Made by a program: the position numbers and the translations under genes. Of a stretch of 33,666 bases of DNA, positions 1 through 8,857 are shown piece by piece; position 1 is the first letter of the stretch; each line of letters starts with the position of its first letter. A model generated the notes under the pieces. That model saw only the letters and a list, made by a program, of their open reading frames with translations. It made no database searches and was not told the origin of the DNA. Source of the DNA: a virus (taxonomy: Duplodnaviria; Caudoviricetes); the IMG/VR virus record IMGVR_UViG_3300017747_003119, positions 1-33,666 of that record; one strand, 5' to 3'.

Positions 1-642
1 ATCAACGACGACCTCGGCGCGTTCGACGACATCCGCACGCGGCTCGGCGGCGGCGCGGCGATGAAGTTCAACGACGTGTTTTGGGCGGCCTTTATGGGCA
101 ACCTGGGCACGTTGTTCACCTCGGGGCGCGGCAACTACATCACGGGTGCGACCACGAACCTCGGCACCGATGGCGTCGGCTTGGCGCTCGCCCTCAAGGC
201 GTTCCGCCAACTCAAGACTCCGGCGGCCGATGGCGCGAAGAAGGTCGGCGGCGGTTCGACCGTCGGCGGTCGCCCGGCGATTTTGCTCGTCTCGCCGGAA
301 CTCGAAGGAACGGCCGACAAGCTGTTCATGGGCGAGAAACTCAACGTCGGCAGCGGCCCCGGCGAGGACAACATCTATCGCGGCAAGTATCGCCCGGTGG
401 TGTCGCCGTGGATCAGCGACTCGGCCGTGACGGGTTACACCGCGACCGGCTGGGGCTTGTTCCGCACGCCGACGATGTTGGCCCCGATGGCGGTCAGCTT
501 TCTCAACGGTGTCGAGACTCCGACCATCGAATCGGCTGCGGCCGACTTCGACGAACTCGGCTACAGCTTCCGGGGCTACCACGACTTCGGCGTGGACATC
601 GCCGAGTACCTCGCGGGCGTCTGGTCGAAGGGTGCGGCGTAA
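1..642 (+). CDS. Major capsid protein, C-terminal part (Mu gpT-like family); 5' end outside window
   Basis: Frame is open from base 1 and reads INDDLGAFDDIRTRLG before the listed ORF. INDDLGAF and the C-terminal FLNG.E.P.IE...DFD..G...R.YHDFG pattern are typical of gpT-like capsid proteins. It precedes a DUF2190-like gene. Confidence 0.88.
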   Translation: MNDDLGAFDDIRTRLGGGAAMKFNDVFWAAFMGNLGTLFTSGRGNYITGATTNLGTDGVGLALALKAFRQLKTPAADGAKKVGGGSTVGGRPAILLVSPELEGTADKLFMGEKLNVGSGPGEDNIYRGKYRPVVSPWISDSAVTGYTATGWGLFRTPTMLAPMAVSFLNGVETPTIESAAADFDELGYSFRGYHDFGVDIAEYLAGVWSKGAA

Positions 643-695
643 GCCCCGCCCGGTTCGTTTCGCAACTCAACTTTCATTTTTCATAGGTGAACGAA

Positions 696-1382
696 ATGGC
701 TCAGACTCCTGCCTCGAAATATCAGTGCGACGGCACGATGGATCACACGCCCGCCGCAGCCGTTACGGCCGGCGACGTGGTGTTCGTCAACGATACCTGC
801 GGCATCGCTCCGCGCGACATCGCGGCCAACGCTCTCGGTTGCCTGGATATCGAGGGCGTGTACCTTGTGCCCAAGGTCACGGGCGCGATTTCCAAGGGGG
901 ATCGTGTTTACTGGAATGCCACGGGCAACCCGGCCGCCGGCGACAACGACGGCACCGGCGCGGCTGCGGCGACCGCGCTCGGCAAGTATATGGGCATCGC
1001 CTATGCGGCGGCGCTCTCCGGCGATTACTACGTGGCGGTCGGCTTGAACCAGCCGAGCGACGACGAACTGCCGGGCGCTTCGACTGCTGCGGCGGGTAGC
1101 TCGACCTCCGATGCCGGTGCGCTTCCGGCCGGTACGTCGCGGTTCTATCCGACCACGGCCGCCGACGACACCAAGGGCGTCAAGATCAACGCTGCCGATC
1201 AAGTGACCGGCCGCAAGCTCTACATCGGAAACGGTGTGAGCAACAAGATTCTGAAGGTCTACGGGCCGACGGGTGCCGTGATCAACGGCGCGGCCGCCGA
1301 CGCAGCCTTCAGTTCGGCCAGCGGCGCAGGTGTGACGATCATCTGCCTCAGCGGCTCCGGTAACACGTGGCTCGCGTTCTAA
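696..1382 (+). CDS. DUF2190-like capsid decoration/cement protein with extra C-terminal domain
   Basis: N-terminus (DHTPAAAVTAGDVV..GIA..DIAANALG.L..EGVY..PK.....KGDRVYWN) matches the DUF2190 pattern. Located directly after the capsid gene, with about 100 aa of extension. Confidence 0.75.
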   Translation: MAQTPASKYQCDGTMDHTPAAAVTAGDVVFVNDTCGIAPRDIAANALGCLDIEGVYLVPKVTGAISKGDRVYWNATGNPAAGDNDGTGAAAATALGKYMGIAYAAALSGDYYVAVGLNQPSDDELPGASTAAAGSSTSDAGALPAGTSRFYPTTAADDTKGVKINAADQVTGRKLYIGNGVSNKILKVYGPTGAVINGAAADAAFSSASGAGVTIICLSGSGNTWLAF

Positions 1383-1394
1383 GCAAGGCCGCAC

Positions 1395-2312
1395 ATGGCA
1401 AACCTCCTCGCCTCCGGCGCAGCGTGGCAAGCGGGCAAGCTCAAAGCGAGCGAGTCCGTTTCGGTCACGCTCCGCCGGGCGGGAAGCTCGGACGCCGTAA
1501 TCTCCGCCGTGCCGGTGATTACGCGCGTCGGGCAAGAGTTCGGCGAAGGTTCATCGCTGCGGACGGAAACGCGCGACTGGCTGGTCGTCACGGCGGATTA
1601 CCTGATCGACGGCGTTGCGGCTCGACCGCAGGACGGCGACCAGATCATCGAGACGGTCGGCTATGTCACGCGGACCTATGCGGTTCGGCTCGGCGCAGGC
1701 GAGTCGTGTGCGCGAGCGATGGACGGCGCCCGAGCGATGTGGCGGCTGCATACGAAGCTAGTCGCGAAAGCGGCTAGTGCGACGGCCGGAACGGGGCCGA
1801 GCGGGCTGTTGTATTCGGGAGCCTCTTGGCAATCGGGACAACTGACCGCGAATGCTTCGGTGCTCGTCACGTTGCGGCGCTCGGGCTACTCAGACGTTAC
1901 GGACGTGCCGGCCACGGTCGGGACGACGGCGATCGAGCAAGAGATGGAAGATGGCAGTTCGCTGCGGATTGATTCGCACGACTTCCTGATTGCGACGAGT
2001 GCCTATCAGTTCGGCGGCGTGGTCGTCGAGCCGGCGGACGGCGACATCGTGATCGAGACGGTTGCGGGAATCGAGCGGCAGTATCAGTTGAGGCCGTTCG
2101 CGGGCGAAGCCTGTGCGCGGCCGATGGATCAGTTTCGTTTGCGGTGGCGTTGCCACACGAAGCTGATCGAGTCGAGCGAAGATCCGGTCGCCGATACGTG
2201 GCCGACGGAGAACCAGTTGCGGGCGTTGCTCGGGCTGTTCCCGATCGTCGGCGACACGTGGGACGAGAACGAAATCCGACACATGGCGGGCCTTGTTTCC
2301 CTCGGTAGCTAA
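1395..2312 (+). CDS. Head-tail joining (head closure-like) protein with internally duplicated domain
   Basis: Neck position. Two similar ~120 aa units, each with P.DGD..IETV and a W.LHTKL/WRCHTKL ending. Confidence 0.65.
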   Translation: MANLLASGAAWQAGKLKASESVSVTLRRAGSSDAVISAVPVITRVGQEFGEGSSLRTETRDWLVVTADYLIDGVAARPQDGDQIIETVGYVTRTYAVRLGAGESCARAMDGARAMWRLHTKLVAKAASATAGTGPSGLLYSGASWQSGQLTANASVLVTLRRSGYSDVTDVPATVGTTAIEQEMEDGSSLRIDSHDFLIATSAYQFGGVVVEPADGDIVIETVAGIERQYQLRPFAGEACARPMDQFRLRWRCHTKLIESSEDPVADTWPTENQLRALLGLFPIVGDTWDENEIRHMAGLVSLGS

Positions 2313-2759
2313 ATGGCAGCGATCCTTACCCAAATCGCCGACGCGGTGAAGACCGAGCTAAATACAAAGCTCGCCGGGTGGGGCTTCACGGGCATTACCG
2401 CAACGCGGAAGAACACCGCCAAGTTCACGCTCGAAACGTGCTCGACGCTACAAGTGACCGTGCTGCCGATCGTGTCGCCGGTCGTGATTCTCGACCGCGA
2501 TCAGTTGCGATGGGATTGCGTCGTCGATGTGGACATTCGCAAGCAGACCGGCGACGACGCGGACACCGAAGACGAGATGGTCGAACTTGCCGAATACATC
2601 GCCGCGCATTTCCTGCAAACGTACCGCAGCGCCAATTTCAAAGTGCTGACGGCCGAACCTTCCGTCACGGTCCCCTCGGAGCAACTCCAAGAGGCGGGCC
2701 TGTTCGCCGTCGCGGTGCGGCTCACGATCAAGGCGACCTCCAGCGGGGAGGCGGCCTGA
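2313..2759 (+). CDS. Putative tail terminator / neck protein
   Basis: Position, 148 aa size and N-terminal helix ILTQIADAVKTELN typical of tail-completion proteins. Confidence 0.55.
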   Translation: MAAILTQIADAVKTELNTKLAGWGFTGITATRKNTAKFTLETCSTLQVTVLPIVSPVVILDRDQLRWDCVVDVDIRKQTGDDADTEDEMVELAEYIAAHFLQTYRSANFKVLTAEPSVTVPSEQLQEAGLFAVAVRLTIKATSSGEAA

Positions 2760-3343
2760 TGGCTCTCGATATCAACACGAAAACGCGGGTGTTTCTGGAT
2801 CGCGCGGAGTTCGCTGCGGCAGTCGGCAAGGCCACGGCTCAGGCGATGTATCGCGCCGGCTACGTCGTGCGCAACTACGCCCGAAACTCCATGAAGATGC
2901 GCAAGGGGCCGTCGCCCGCCGGCACGCCTCCGCACGCGCACGGCAAGAAGCGAGGCAAGGCCGGAGAGAAAAGCACCGGGCGCGGCCCGCTACTCAAAAA
3001 GTTCCTGTTTTCGGAATACGACCTCGCGGCCAAGACGATGGTGATCGGCCCGACGAAGCTACCCGGCAGCAAGTTTCGCGTGCCGCAGTTGCAAGAGTTC
3101 GGCGGCCACACGGTTCGCAAAACCAAGATCATCATTCCGAGCGAGCGGAAGCCGAGCACGCCCGCGCAGCGCGAGGCATACAACCAAGCCATCCGCTCCG
3201 GCAAGCGACCCGCGCCGATTAAAGCGAAGGTGCAATACAAGAAGGAGCACATCGTGCTCCCTGCGCGCCCGTACATGCGCCCGACGCTCACGGCCAACAT
3301 GCCGCAATTTCCCTCCCTCTACGCCAATACCGTCAAACCATAG
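2759..3343 (+). CDS. Putative tail completion protein (HK97 gp10-like/virion morphogenesis)
   Basis: ATG overlaps the upstream TGA. Basic protein with S.(A/P)G.PP, QEFGG and a terminal RPYMRP motif. Confidence 0.65.
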   Translation: MALDINTKTRVFLDRAEFAAAVGKATAQAMYRAGYVVRNYARNSMKMRKGPSPAGTPPHAHGKKRGKAGEKSTGRGPLLKKFLFSEYDLAAKTMVIGPTKLPGSKFRVPQLQEFGGHTVRKTKIIIPSERKPSTPAQREAYNQAIRSGKRPAPIKAKVQYKKEHIVLPARPYMRPTLTANMPQFPSLYANTVKP

Positions 3344-3352
3344 GGGCACATC

Positions 3353-3811
3353 ATGGCTCAAGACCTTTCCAGCGTGCCGCTCGGGCGCAACGCCAGCATC
3401 AACCGCAACACCGGCGCGGCATTCGGAACCGTGACCTGGGTGGCAATTCCGAACATCCAAGACGTGACGATCTCCAGCGAGCGAGCCAAGGGGGACGTGT
3501 CCGTTCGCGGCGTCGAGTTCAAGCAATACGTCATGGGTCAGCGTGACATCGAGGTCACGTTCTCCTTGGTGCTCGTCAAAGGTGACGCGGGCTACGAAGC
3601 CTTGCGTGCCGCACATATCGCCGGAACACCGATTCAATTGGCGGTGCTCGACGAAGCGGCTTCGGTCAACGGAGCGTACGGACTCAATGCCGATTGGCAC
3701 GTTCCCGGCTTTTCGCAAGGGCAGCCGGTGGACGACGGTATCAAGTTCGACGTGAAGCTCTGCATGGCGAAGACCGTGAACGCTCCGGCGGCCATCACGA
3801 TCTCGGCCTAA
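3353..3811 (+). CDS. Major tail tube protein
   Basis: 152 aa, beta-rich, W..I..IQDVT motif, located upstream of the chaperone and tape measure genes. Confidence 0.7.
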   Translation: MAQDLSSVPLGRNASINRNTGAAFGTVTWVAIPNIQDVTISSERAKGDVSVRGVEFKQYVMGQRDIEVTFSLVLVKGDAGYEALRAAHIAGTPIQLAVLDEAASVNGAYGLNADWHVPGFSQGQPVDDGIKFDVKLCMAKTVNAPAAITISA

Positions 3812-3831
3812 TCGCCTGACAAACCTGGAGG

Positions 3832-4329
3832 GTGAACATGGCAACGGTAGTATTTCCCGACGGCATTTCGGTGCGCGGTACGGCGATTCTCGCCAACGTC
3901 TCGCTGCCGGCTAGCGTCGTATCAAACGCGAACGTCGCGACGGGTGCGGCGATCGCCACGGACAAGCTGCGGCATAAGCACCGCAAGACCTACGCGCAAA
4001 GCGGCACGGCCGCAAGCGTGACGATTCCGATTCATCACGTCATCGGGGCGACGGCCGACAACCTTAGCTGCAAGGCGGGCAGCATCGCCATTGCGGTCGG
4101 TGCGGCCACGGTCACGATCGACCTGAAGAAAAACGGCACGACCGTGTTAACCGGCGTGACGACGCTCGACACCGGCAACACGGCGCGAGTCGGCGAGGCT
4201 CTCGGCGTCAACGTGTTCTCCGCCGTCACGGGCGACCTGTACGAACTGGTCATCACGGCCACGGCAGGCGGCGGCACGTTGCCGACCGGCTTGTTCGTGG
4301 AATTCGAGATCGACGAGGACGAAAGCTAA
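3832..4329 (+). CDS. Putative virion structural / tail decoration protein
   Basis: GGAGG RBS. Ala/Thr/Gly-rich with NANVATGAAIATDKL and TIDLKKNGTTVL segments seen in virion proteins. Confidence 0.45.
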   Translation: MNMATVVFPDGISVRGTAILANVSLPASVVSNANVATGAAIATDKLRHKHRKTYAQSGTAASVTIPIHHVIGATADNLSCKAGSIAIAVGAATVTIDLKKNGTTVLTGVTTLDTGNTARVGEALGVNVFSAVTGDLYELVITATAGGGTLPTGLFVEFEIDEDES

Positions 4330-4850
4330 TGCCCGCCTTCCGCGATGCCAAGGGGCGTAAGTGGTCGATCGAGATCGACGTCGGCACCATCAAGCGGGTG
4401 CGCGACCTGACCGGCTTTGAGTTGTTGGCGATCGTCGAGCACGACGGCGCGGCGCTCGACAAACTCCGCGATGATGTCGTGCTGCTGGTCAACGTGCTCT
4501 ATGCCATCTGCGAGCCGCAGGCGAACGCTTACGGCCCTTGGTGGCGCAGGTTGCTCGGCATCGGGCGCGGCATCAGCGACGAAGAGTTCGGCCGCGGCTT
4601 GCGGGGCGACTGCATCGAGCGGGCCTGGGAATTGATCATCGAAGGGATGGCCCGTTTTTTTCCCGAGGGCCGTCGCCTGCTGTTGCTGGCGGCGGCGATC
4701 CAAGCGGGCTTTCGGATCAAGGCGGACGAAGCGACGAAGCGAAGCCTGCTCGGCCTAGAACAGCAGCCGACGTCTGGCGGGAGTTGCTCGCCTTGGCGGG
4801 TTCTGTCGGCGTGTCGCCTTGGTCGTACACATGGGGCGAACTCTCGCTGA
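4329..4850 (+). CDS. Tail assembly chaperone (gpG analog)
   Basis: Between tail tube and tape measure. Begins F.D.KGR.W.I and contains the T7 slippery run at 4655-4661. Confidence 0.75.
   Translation: MPAFRDAKGRKWSIEIDVGTIKRVRDLTGFELLAIVEHDGAALDKLRDDVVLLVNVLYAICEPQANAYGPWWRRLLGIGRGISDEEFGRGLRGDCIERAWELIIEGMARFFPEGRRLLLLAAAIQAGFRIKADEATKRSLLGLEQQPTSGGSCSPWRVLSACRLGRTHGANSR
4655..4661 (+). promoter_or_regulatory. -1 programmed ribosomal frameshift slippery heptamer T TTT TTT
   Basis: CGT TTT TTT CCC in the chaperone frame fits X XXY YYZ, at the canonical G/GT position. Confidence 0.75.
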
Positions 4851-5065
4851 TGGAGGAAGGGCGCGACGCGGCGCAATGGTGGCACACGGCTGGGCTGATG
4901 TCGCTGGTCGCGGGCTTCGGCGGAGTGAAGAAATCCCCGGCCGAACTGCATCCCTACGAAGTGCAACGACTCAAGAAGGTTCTAGAACGACCGGAAATCC
5001 AACAAGCATTGGACGCCGGAAACAAAGCGGCGTGGCGAGCCTTGGTTCAACAAGTCGTGCGGTGA
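4655..5065 (+). CDS. Tail assembly chaperone frameshift extension (gpGT analog, -1 frame)
   Basis: The -1 frame stays open from the slippery site to TGA 5065, just before the tape measure gene, and encodes GVSPWSYTWGELSLMEEGR..WWHTA..ELHPY. Confidence 0.72.
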   Translation, partial: FFSRGPSPAVAGGGDPSGLSDQGGRSDEAKPARPRTAADVWRELLALAGSVGVSPWSYTWGELSLMEEGRDAAQWWHTAGLMSLVAGFGGVKKSPAELHPYEVQRLKKVLERPEIQQALDAGNKAAWRALVQQVVR

Positions 5066-5068
5066 GTT

Positions 5069-6397
5069 ATGGGCGCTAAAGAAGTCCGTGCAGGCGGGGC
5101 TTACGTCGAAGTTTCGACGAAGGACAAGACGGCCGGCGGCTTAGATGCGATCAAGACCAAGCTCAAAAGCTTCGCGTCCACAATCAACCGAGTCGGCGGC
5201 GTCGCGGTTGCAGGCGCAGCGGCGGCGATCACTGCGGCCACGATGAAGGCGATCAACGCCGGAGCGGCGATCAACGATCTTGCCCAGCGATACGGCATCT
5301 CCGCGCAGGCGGTACAGGCACTCAGCTACGCGGCCGAGCAATCGGGCACAGACCTGGGCACGGTCATTACCGGGCTGAAGAACTTGCAAAAGGGCATCGG
5401 CGGCGGCACGCTCGGCGACGAGTTGTCGCAGCTCGGCCTATCTCTTGCCGATCTTCGCGGCAAGTCGCCCGAAGAGCAACTCGCGATGGTTGCCGCAGCA
5501 TTCGGCAAGATCACCGACCAAGAGAAGAAAATGGCGATCGCGATGAAACTATTCGGCAAGAGCGGATCGGACTTGGTGCCCATGCTACACGCCGGAGCCG
5601 ATGGCGCGGCGGCGATGATGAAGGCGTTTAACGAGTCCGGCATGGCGATGGGAGACGAAGCCGTTAAGCAGGCGGCCGAGTTGGATGATCAGATCAACAA
5701 ACTTGGCATGCGATTCGAGTCTCTTGGGGTTCAACTTGGCACGGCGCTGATTCCGACGCTGCAAAAGCTGATCGACATGATTCCGAGCCCGTCCGCAGAA
5801 TACGGCGCGGCGGGCCTTCAGGATTTAATCGAAGGCGGCAACTCGAATCTGCGGGGGGTTATTCAACGCAGCAACGCGAAGGCGACGGCAACTGCCCAAC
5901 GGGCCTATGACGAAGCGATGGAGGGTAAGCGGATCTCCGAAGAACGTCGGCTGGCGCGAGAAGCCGGAGCCGCTTATCAGACTCCAATGGAGTTGGATGG
6001 GAAGCTAACCGAACTGATTGCACGCTCCGACATGCTCGACAAGGCGCGGGCGAACTCGCGCGAGGCGTTCAAGGGCGCAGGCGAGTCGCTGAAGATTTTC
6101 GACGGCGTAATCAAGGAATGGAACCGCATCGGCCGCAGCGTCGACCGGGAGCAAAACAAAGAACACATCCGCGAACAACGCGGACTGCAAGCCGATCTCG
6201 CCGACGTCAACAGGCAGATCGCGGCCGAGATGGGCAAGACCGTCTCTTTCGGATCGTTCGACAAGCGAGACCTGATGGGCGGCGTGTTCAACGACATCGG
6301 GCACCAGCAACTCAAAGAACTGCGCGAGTCGAAGAAGCTGCTCGAAAAACAACTCGCCGCTTTGATGAAACTGAAACCCGGCTTGCCGGTGGGGTAA
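5069..6397 (+). CDS. Tail tape measure protein (short, 442 aa)
   Basis: Starts VRAGGAYVE. Helical and Ala-rich, with LA.RYGISA..VQALSYAAEQSG and AMKLFGKSG..L.P.L motifs. Confidence 0.9.
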   Translation: MGAKEVRAGGAYVEVSTKDKTAGGLDAIKTKLKSFASTINRVGGVAVAGAAAAITAATMKAINAGAAINDLAQRYGISAQAVQALSYAAEQSGTDLGTVITGLKNLQKGIGGGTLGDELSQLGLSLADLRGKSPEEQLAMVAAAFGKITDQEKKMAIAMKLFGKSGSDLVPMLHAGADGAAAMMKAFNESGMAMGDEAVKQAAELDDQINKLGMRFESLGVQLGTALIPTLQKLIDMIPSPSAEYGAAGLQDLIEGGNSNLRGVIQRSNAKATATAQRAYDEAMEGKRISEERRLAREAGAAYQTPMELDGKLTELIARSDMLDKARANSREAFKGAGESLKIFDGVIKEWNRIGRSVDREQNKEHIREQRGLQADLADVNRQIAAEMGKTVSFGSFDKRDLMGGVFNDIGHQQLKELRESKKLLEKQLAALMKLKPGLPVG

Positions 6398-6400
6398 TCA

Positions 6401-7270
6401 ATGGCCGGACGCGCGGAACGACGCTTTGAGGATTTGACCGGCAGTAAGACGCCGGAGGGGCAGTCGCGCGAAGTCGCTTACGTCGTGCTCGAAGCAAGCA
6501 CGATGGACGAGGCTCTCATCTATCTCGACCGCGATGCAAGCCTGACCGATGGCGTGCTTGTCCGCGCCGGCTTCAACGGCATCACGCGGCTGAATGACGA
6601 TACTTGGTCGGCGACCGTCTCCTATGTCCCCTTCGTCGGCGGCTTGCCGGACCCGACGGAGTTTCCCGGCCGCTCCGGTAGCTTTCAATTCGAGACGGGC
6701 GGCGGTCGGCGCACGGTTCTGCGGAACATCTCGACCCGGCAAGTGACGAGCCGCAGCGTGTACGCGGTGCCGTACACGGCCGATGAACTCGGCCCGTTCA
6801 TCAATGCCAACGAAGACGGCATCGACGGCGTGGAAATCGAGTCGTCGGTTTTTCGGTTCTCCGTGTCGAAAGCCTTCTCGCCGGCCGAACTCGCGCCGGG
6901 CTATATCGCGACGCTGTATGACTACACGAACTGCATTAACTCGTCGGCCGTCACGGTCAACATCGACGGCATAACGCTTACGTTTGCGATCGGCGAGTTG
7001 CTGTTCCTCGGCGCGAATGGCACACGCGACGACGACGGGCTTTGGAAGATCACCTACAACTTCGCGGCGATGAAGAATCTGCCGGCCAGCGCGATCACGG
7101 TGAACAGCGACCTGACGGCGTTTAGCTCGCCTGTGCTCGGCTGGTCGTACCTGGAAATCCGCACGTTCTCGACAACTGAAGGCGACCCGCCGATTCCGGT
7201 GCGCAAACCGAAGGCCGCGATCGAGCACGTCGTCTACGACTCCCGTGACCTCAACCAGCTAGGCGTCTAG
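6401..7270 (+). CDS. Putative distal tail / tail tip protein
   Basis: Immediately after the tape measure gene. Beta-rich with GE.LFLG and W.ITYNF motifs. Confidence 0.55.
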   Translation: MAGRAERRFEDLTGSKTPEGQSREVAYVVLEASTMDEALIYLDRDASLTDGVLVRAGFNGITRLNDDTWSATVSYVPFVGGLPDPTEFPGRSGSFQFETGGGRRTVLRNISTRQVTSRSVYAVPYTADELGPFINANEDGIDGVEIESSVFRFSVSKAFSPAELAPGYIATLYDYTNCINSSAVTVNIDGITLTFAIGELLFLGANGTRDDDGLWKITYNFAAMKNLPASAITVNSDLTAFSSPVLGWSYLEIRTFSTTEGDPPIPVRKPKAAIEHVVYDSRDLNQLGV

Positions 7271-7271
7271 C

Positions 7272-8111
7272 GTGAATCTTTCCAGCCGCCCGAAATTCAA
7301 CAAAGGCGACCAACTCAGCGAGTTCCCGGGCCCGGCGTGGAACGAACTGATGGATATGCTCGAATGGTATCGTCGCACGATTCCATTCGGCCGCGACACG
7401 AAGCGCGAATCGCCCCGCTACCGCCGCTGCAACACGATCAGAATCAAGAACGCCACGGAGTCGAACCTTGCCGTCGGCGCAATCGTCGCGATCAACGGCA
7501 GCATCTACGACCCAGCCGAATCCGATCAACTCGACGCCTTCCGCACGGAGCCGATTTTCGTCGGATCATCACCGGAGTTCCCCGAAGATATCGGCCGGTT
7601 CGCCGTGCTGTTGCAGCCGCTCGCGGCGGATGAGATCGGCGATGCCGCGATTGAGGGTATCGTCGCCTGCAAGGTCAAGATGGACTTCCAAGGCCGCCGC
7701 TTCGCCGATATCGCGTTCGACGGCGTGACCCCGACGGCGCACCTCGTCGGCAACGAATGCGGCGGCGCGGAAATCCTCTACATCGAGGACATGAACGAAG
7801 CGGCTGAAGATTGGACGGCTGGCGTCAAGGCAGCTCTAGTTCGCGTCGGCAGCTTCAACGACCCCGATCTTATCGTTAGCTGGGACGGCGATCTTGAGTA
7901 CGGCATTGAGAAAGAGGCTTACGTTCACGAAGCAGGTGGCCCGACCGAGCGAACGATTCCGCTGTACGGCTCGATCATTGGCGGATTTAGCGGGCAGCTA
8001 CTTGGGATCGCGTCGCCGGGCGAAATGGCCTGGGCGCACTTCCATCGGGAAAGCGGCATCTTTGAACTCGGCGCAAATACTCGGATGTTTGAGTCGATTA
8101 ATGATCCGTAA
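7272..8111 (+). CDS. Putative tail tip / baseplate-associated protein
   Basis: Last gene of the structural operon, with WN...D, IKNATES.L and FAVLLQPL...IG.A.I.G segments. Confidence 0.45.
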   Translation: MNLSSRPKFNKGDQLSEFPGPAWNELMDMLEWYRRTIPFGRDTKRESPRYRRCNTIRIKNATESNLAVGAIVAINGSIYDPAESDQLDAFRTEPIFVGSSPEFPEDIGRFAVLLQPLAADEIGDAAIEGIVACKVKMDFQGRRFADIAFDGVTPTAHLVGNECGGAEILYIEDMNEAAEDWTAGVKAALVRVGSFNDPDLIVSWDGDLEYGIEKEAYVHEAGGPTERTIPLYGSIIGGFSGQLLGIASPGEMAWAHFHRESGIFELGANTRMFESINDP

Positions 8112-8119
8112 GGGTGCGG

Positions 8120-8551
8120 CTATCGCCCGCGCACGATCGCCCCAAACAACGCAAGCCCGATGCCCGTGATGACGCCGATCAATTGGTTGTGCATCAGGCC
8201 GAGGTTATTGACCCGGCCGCCGGCTTCAGTTGCAACCGACGTATCGACCAGGAATAGAAAGAAGCACGCGATGCAGCCGCCGACGATGCGGAAGTATGCA
8301 CCCGCGCAAACCGCGCCGCAACTATTGCATCCCGAGTTCCCGCCAAACGACGACGCTCGCCGATTCGGTGCCGTGCCGGGAAAACAATCTTGCGTCCGCC
8401 TAACGATGCCGATATAAGGATGGCATGAACGTAACCAAACTACAAACGGAATACGTGGGCGTTTCTCGCGCGGCAAAGATTCTCGGCGTGACACCAGGCC
8501 GAATTCGGCAGCTAGTCGGAAACTACGAAAAAAACATTCTGCCGGCCGCAA
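8120..8551 (-). CDS. Small membrane protein (start uncertain, possibly a remnant)
   Basis: Two hydrophobic segments flank DTSV....RVNNLGLM. The listed 5' part overlaps the HTH gene, so the true start is unclear. Confidence 0.4.
   Translation of the reverse strand: MRPAECFFRSFRLAAEFGLVSRRESLPREKRPRIPFVVWLRSCHPYIGIVRRTQDCFPGTAPNRRASSFGGNSGCNSCGAVCAGAYFRIVGGCIACFFLFLVDTSVATEAGGRVNNLGLMHNQLIGVITGIGLALFGAIVRGR
8390..8418 (+). promoter_or_regulatory. Putative sigma70 promoter of HTH gene
   Basis: TTGCGT-17 nt-TATAAG, 6 nt upstream of ATG 8425. Confidence 0.4.
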
Positions 8552-8637
8552 AGCTGGGTCAAAAAGAATGGATGATTCGAGTATCCGACATAGCTAAATA
8601 CGCAAAAAAACACGGTGTTTTTGCGAACTTCAGTTAG
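8425..8637 (+). CDS. Helix-turn-helix DNA-binding protein (HTH_17/excisionase-like)
   Basis: VSRAAKILGVTPGRIRQLV...LPA.KLG..WMI...DI pattern. Confidence 0.8.
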   Translation: MNVTKLQTEYVGVSRAAKILGVTPGRIRQLVGNYEKNILPAAKLGQKEWMIRVSDIAKYAKKHGVFANFS

Positions 8638-8675
8638 TCGCCAGAAACTGCTTTCAAAATTTTTTCTTAAGTCTA

Positions 8676-8703
8676 TTGACTAACGAAAACGATAGTCTAG
8701 GAT
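8676..8703 (+). promoter_or_regulatory. Putative early promoter
   Basis: TTGACT-16 nt-TAGGAT preceded by an AT-rich tract (aaaattttttcttaa) in an otherwise GC-rich genome. Confidence 0.55.
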
Positions 8704-8857
8704 ACGCCAAGTTCATTGAAGGACATCGACCGCGAACGGATCGCAGCCGGGCGAGGTAACGGAACGCCGAACTAGCACCGCCTTTGCGTGTGCTCAACCC
8801 CCAGCCGCAGCGCGGTACATAGCTACTGCTATGCCCTGATTTTTGAACGGAGTCGAA

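Noticed and set aside
8425-8637. Excisionase implying an adjacent integration module
   Set aside because: No integrase or att site is visible nearby, so a regulatory role is equally plausible.
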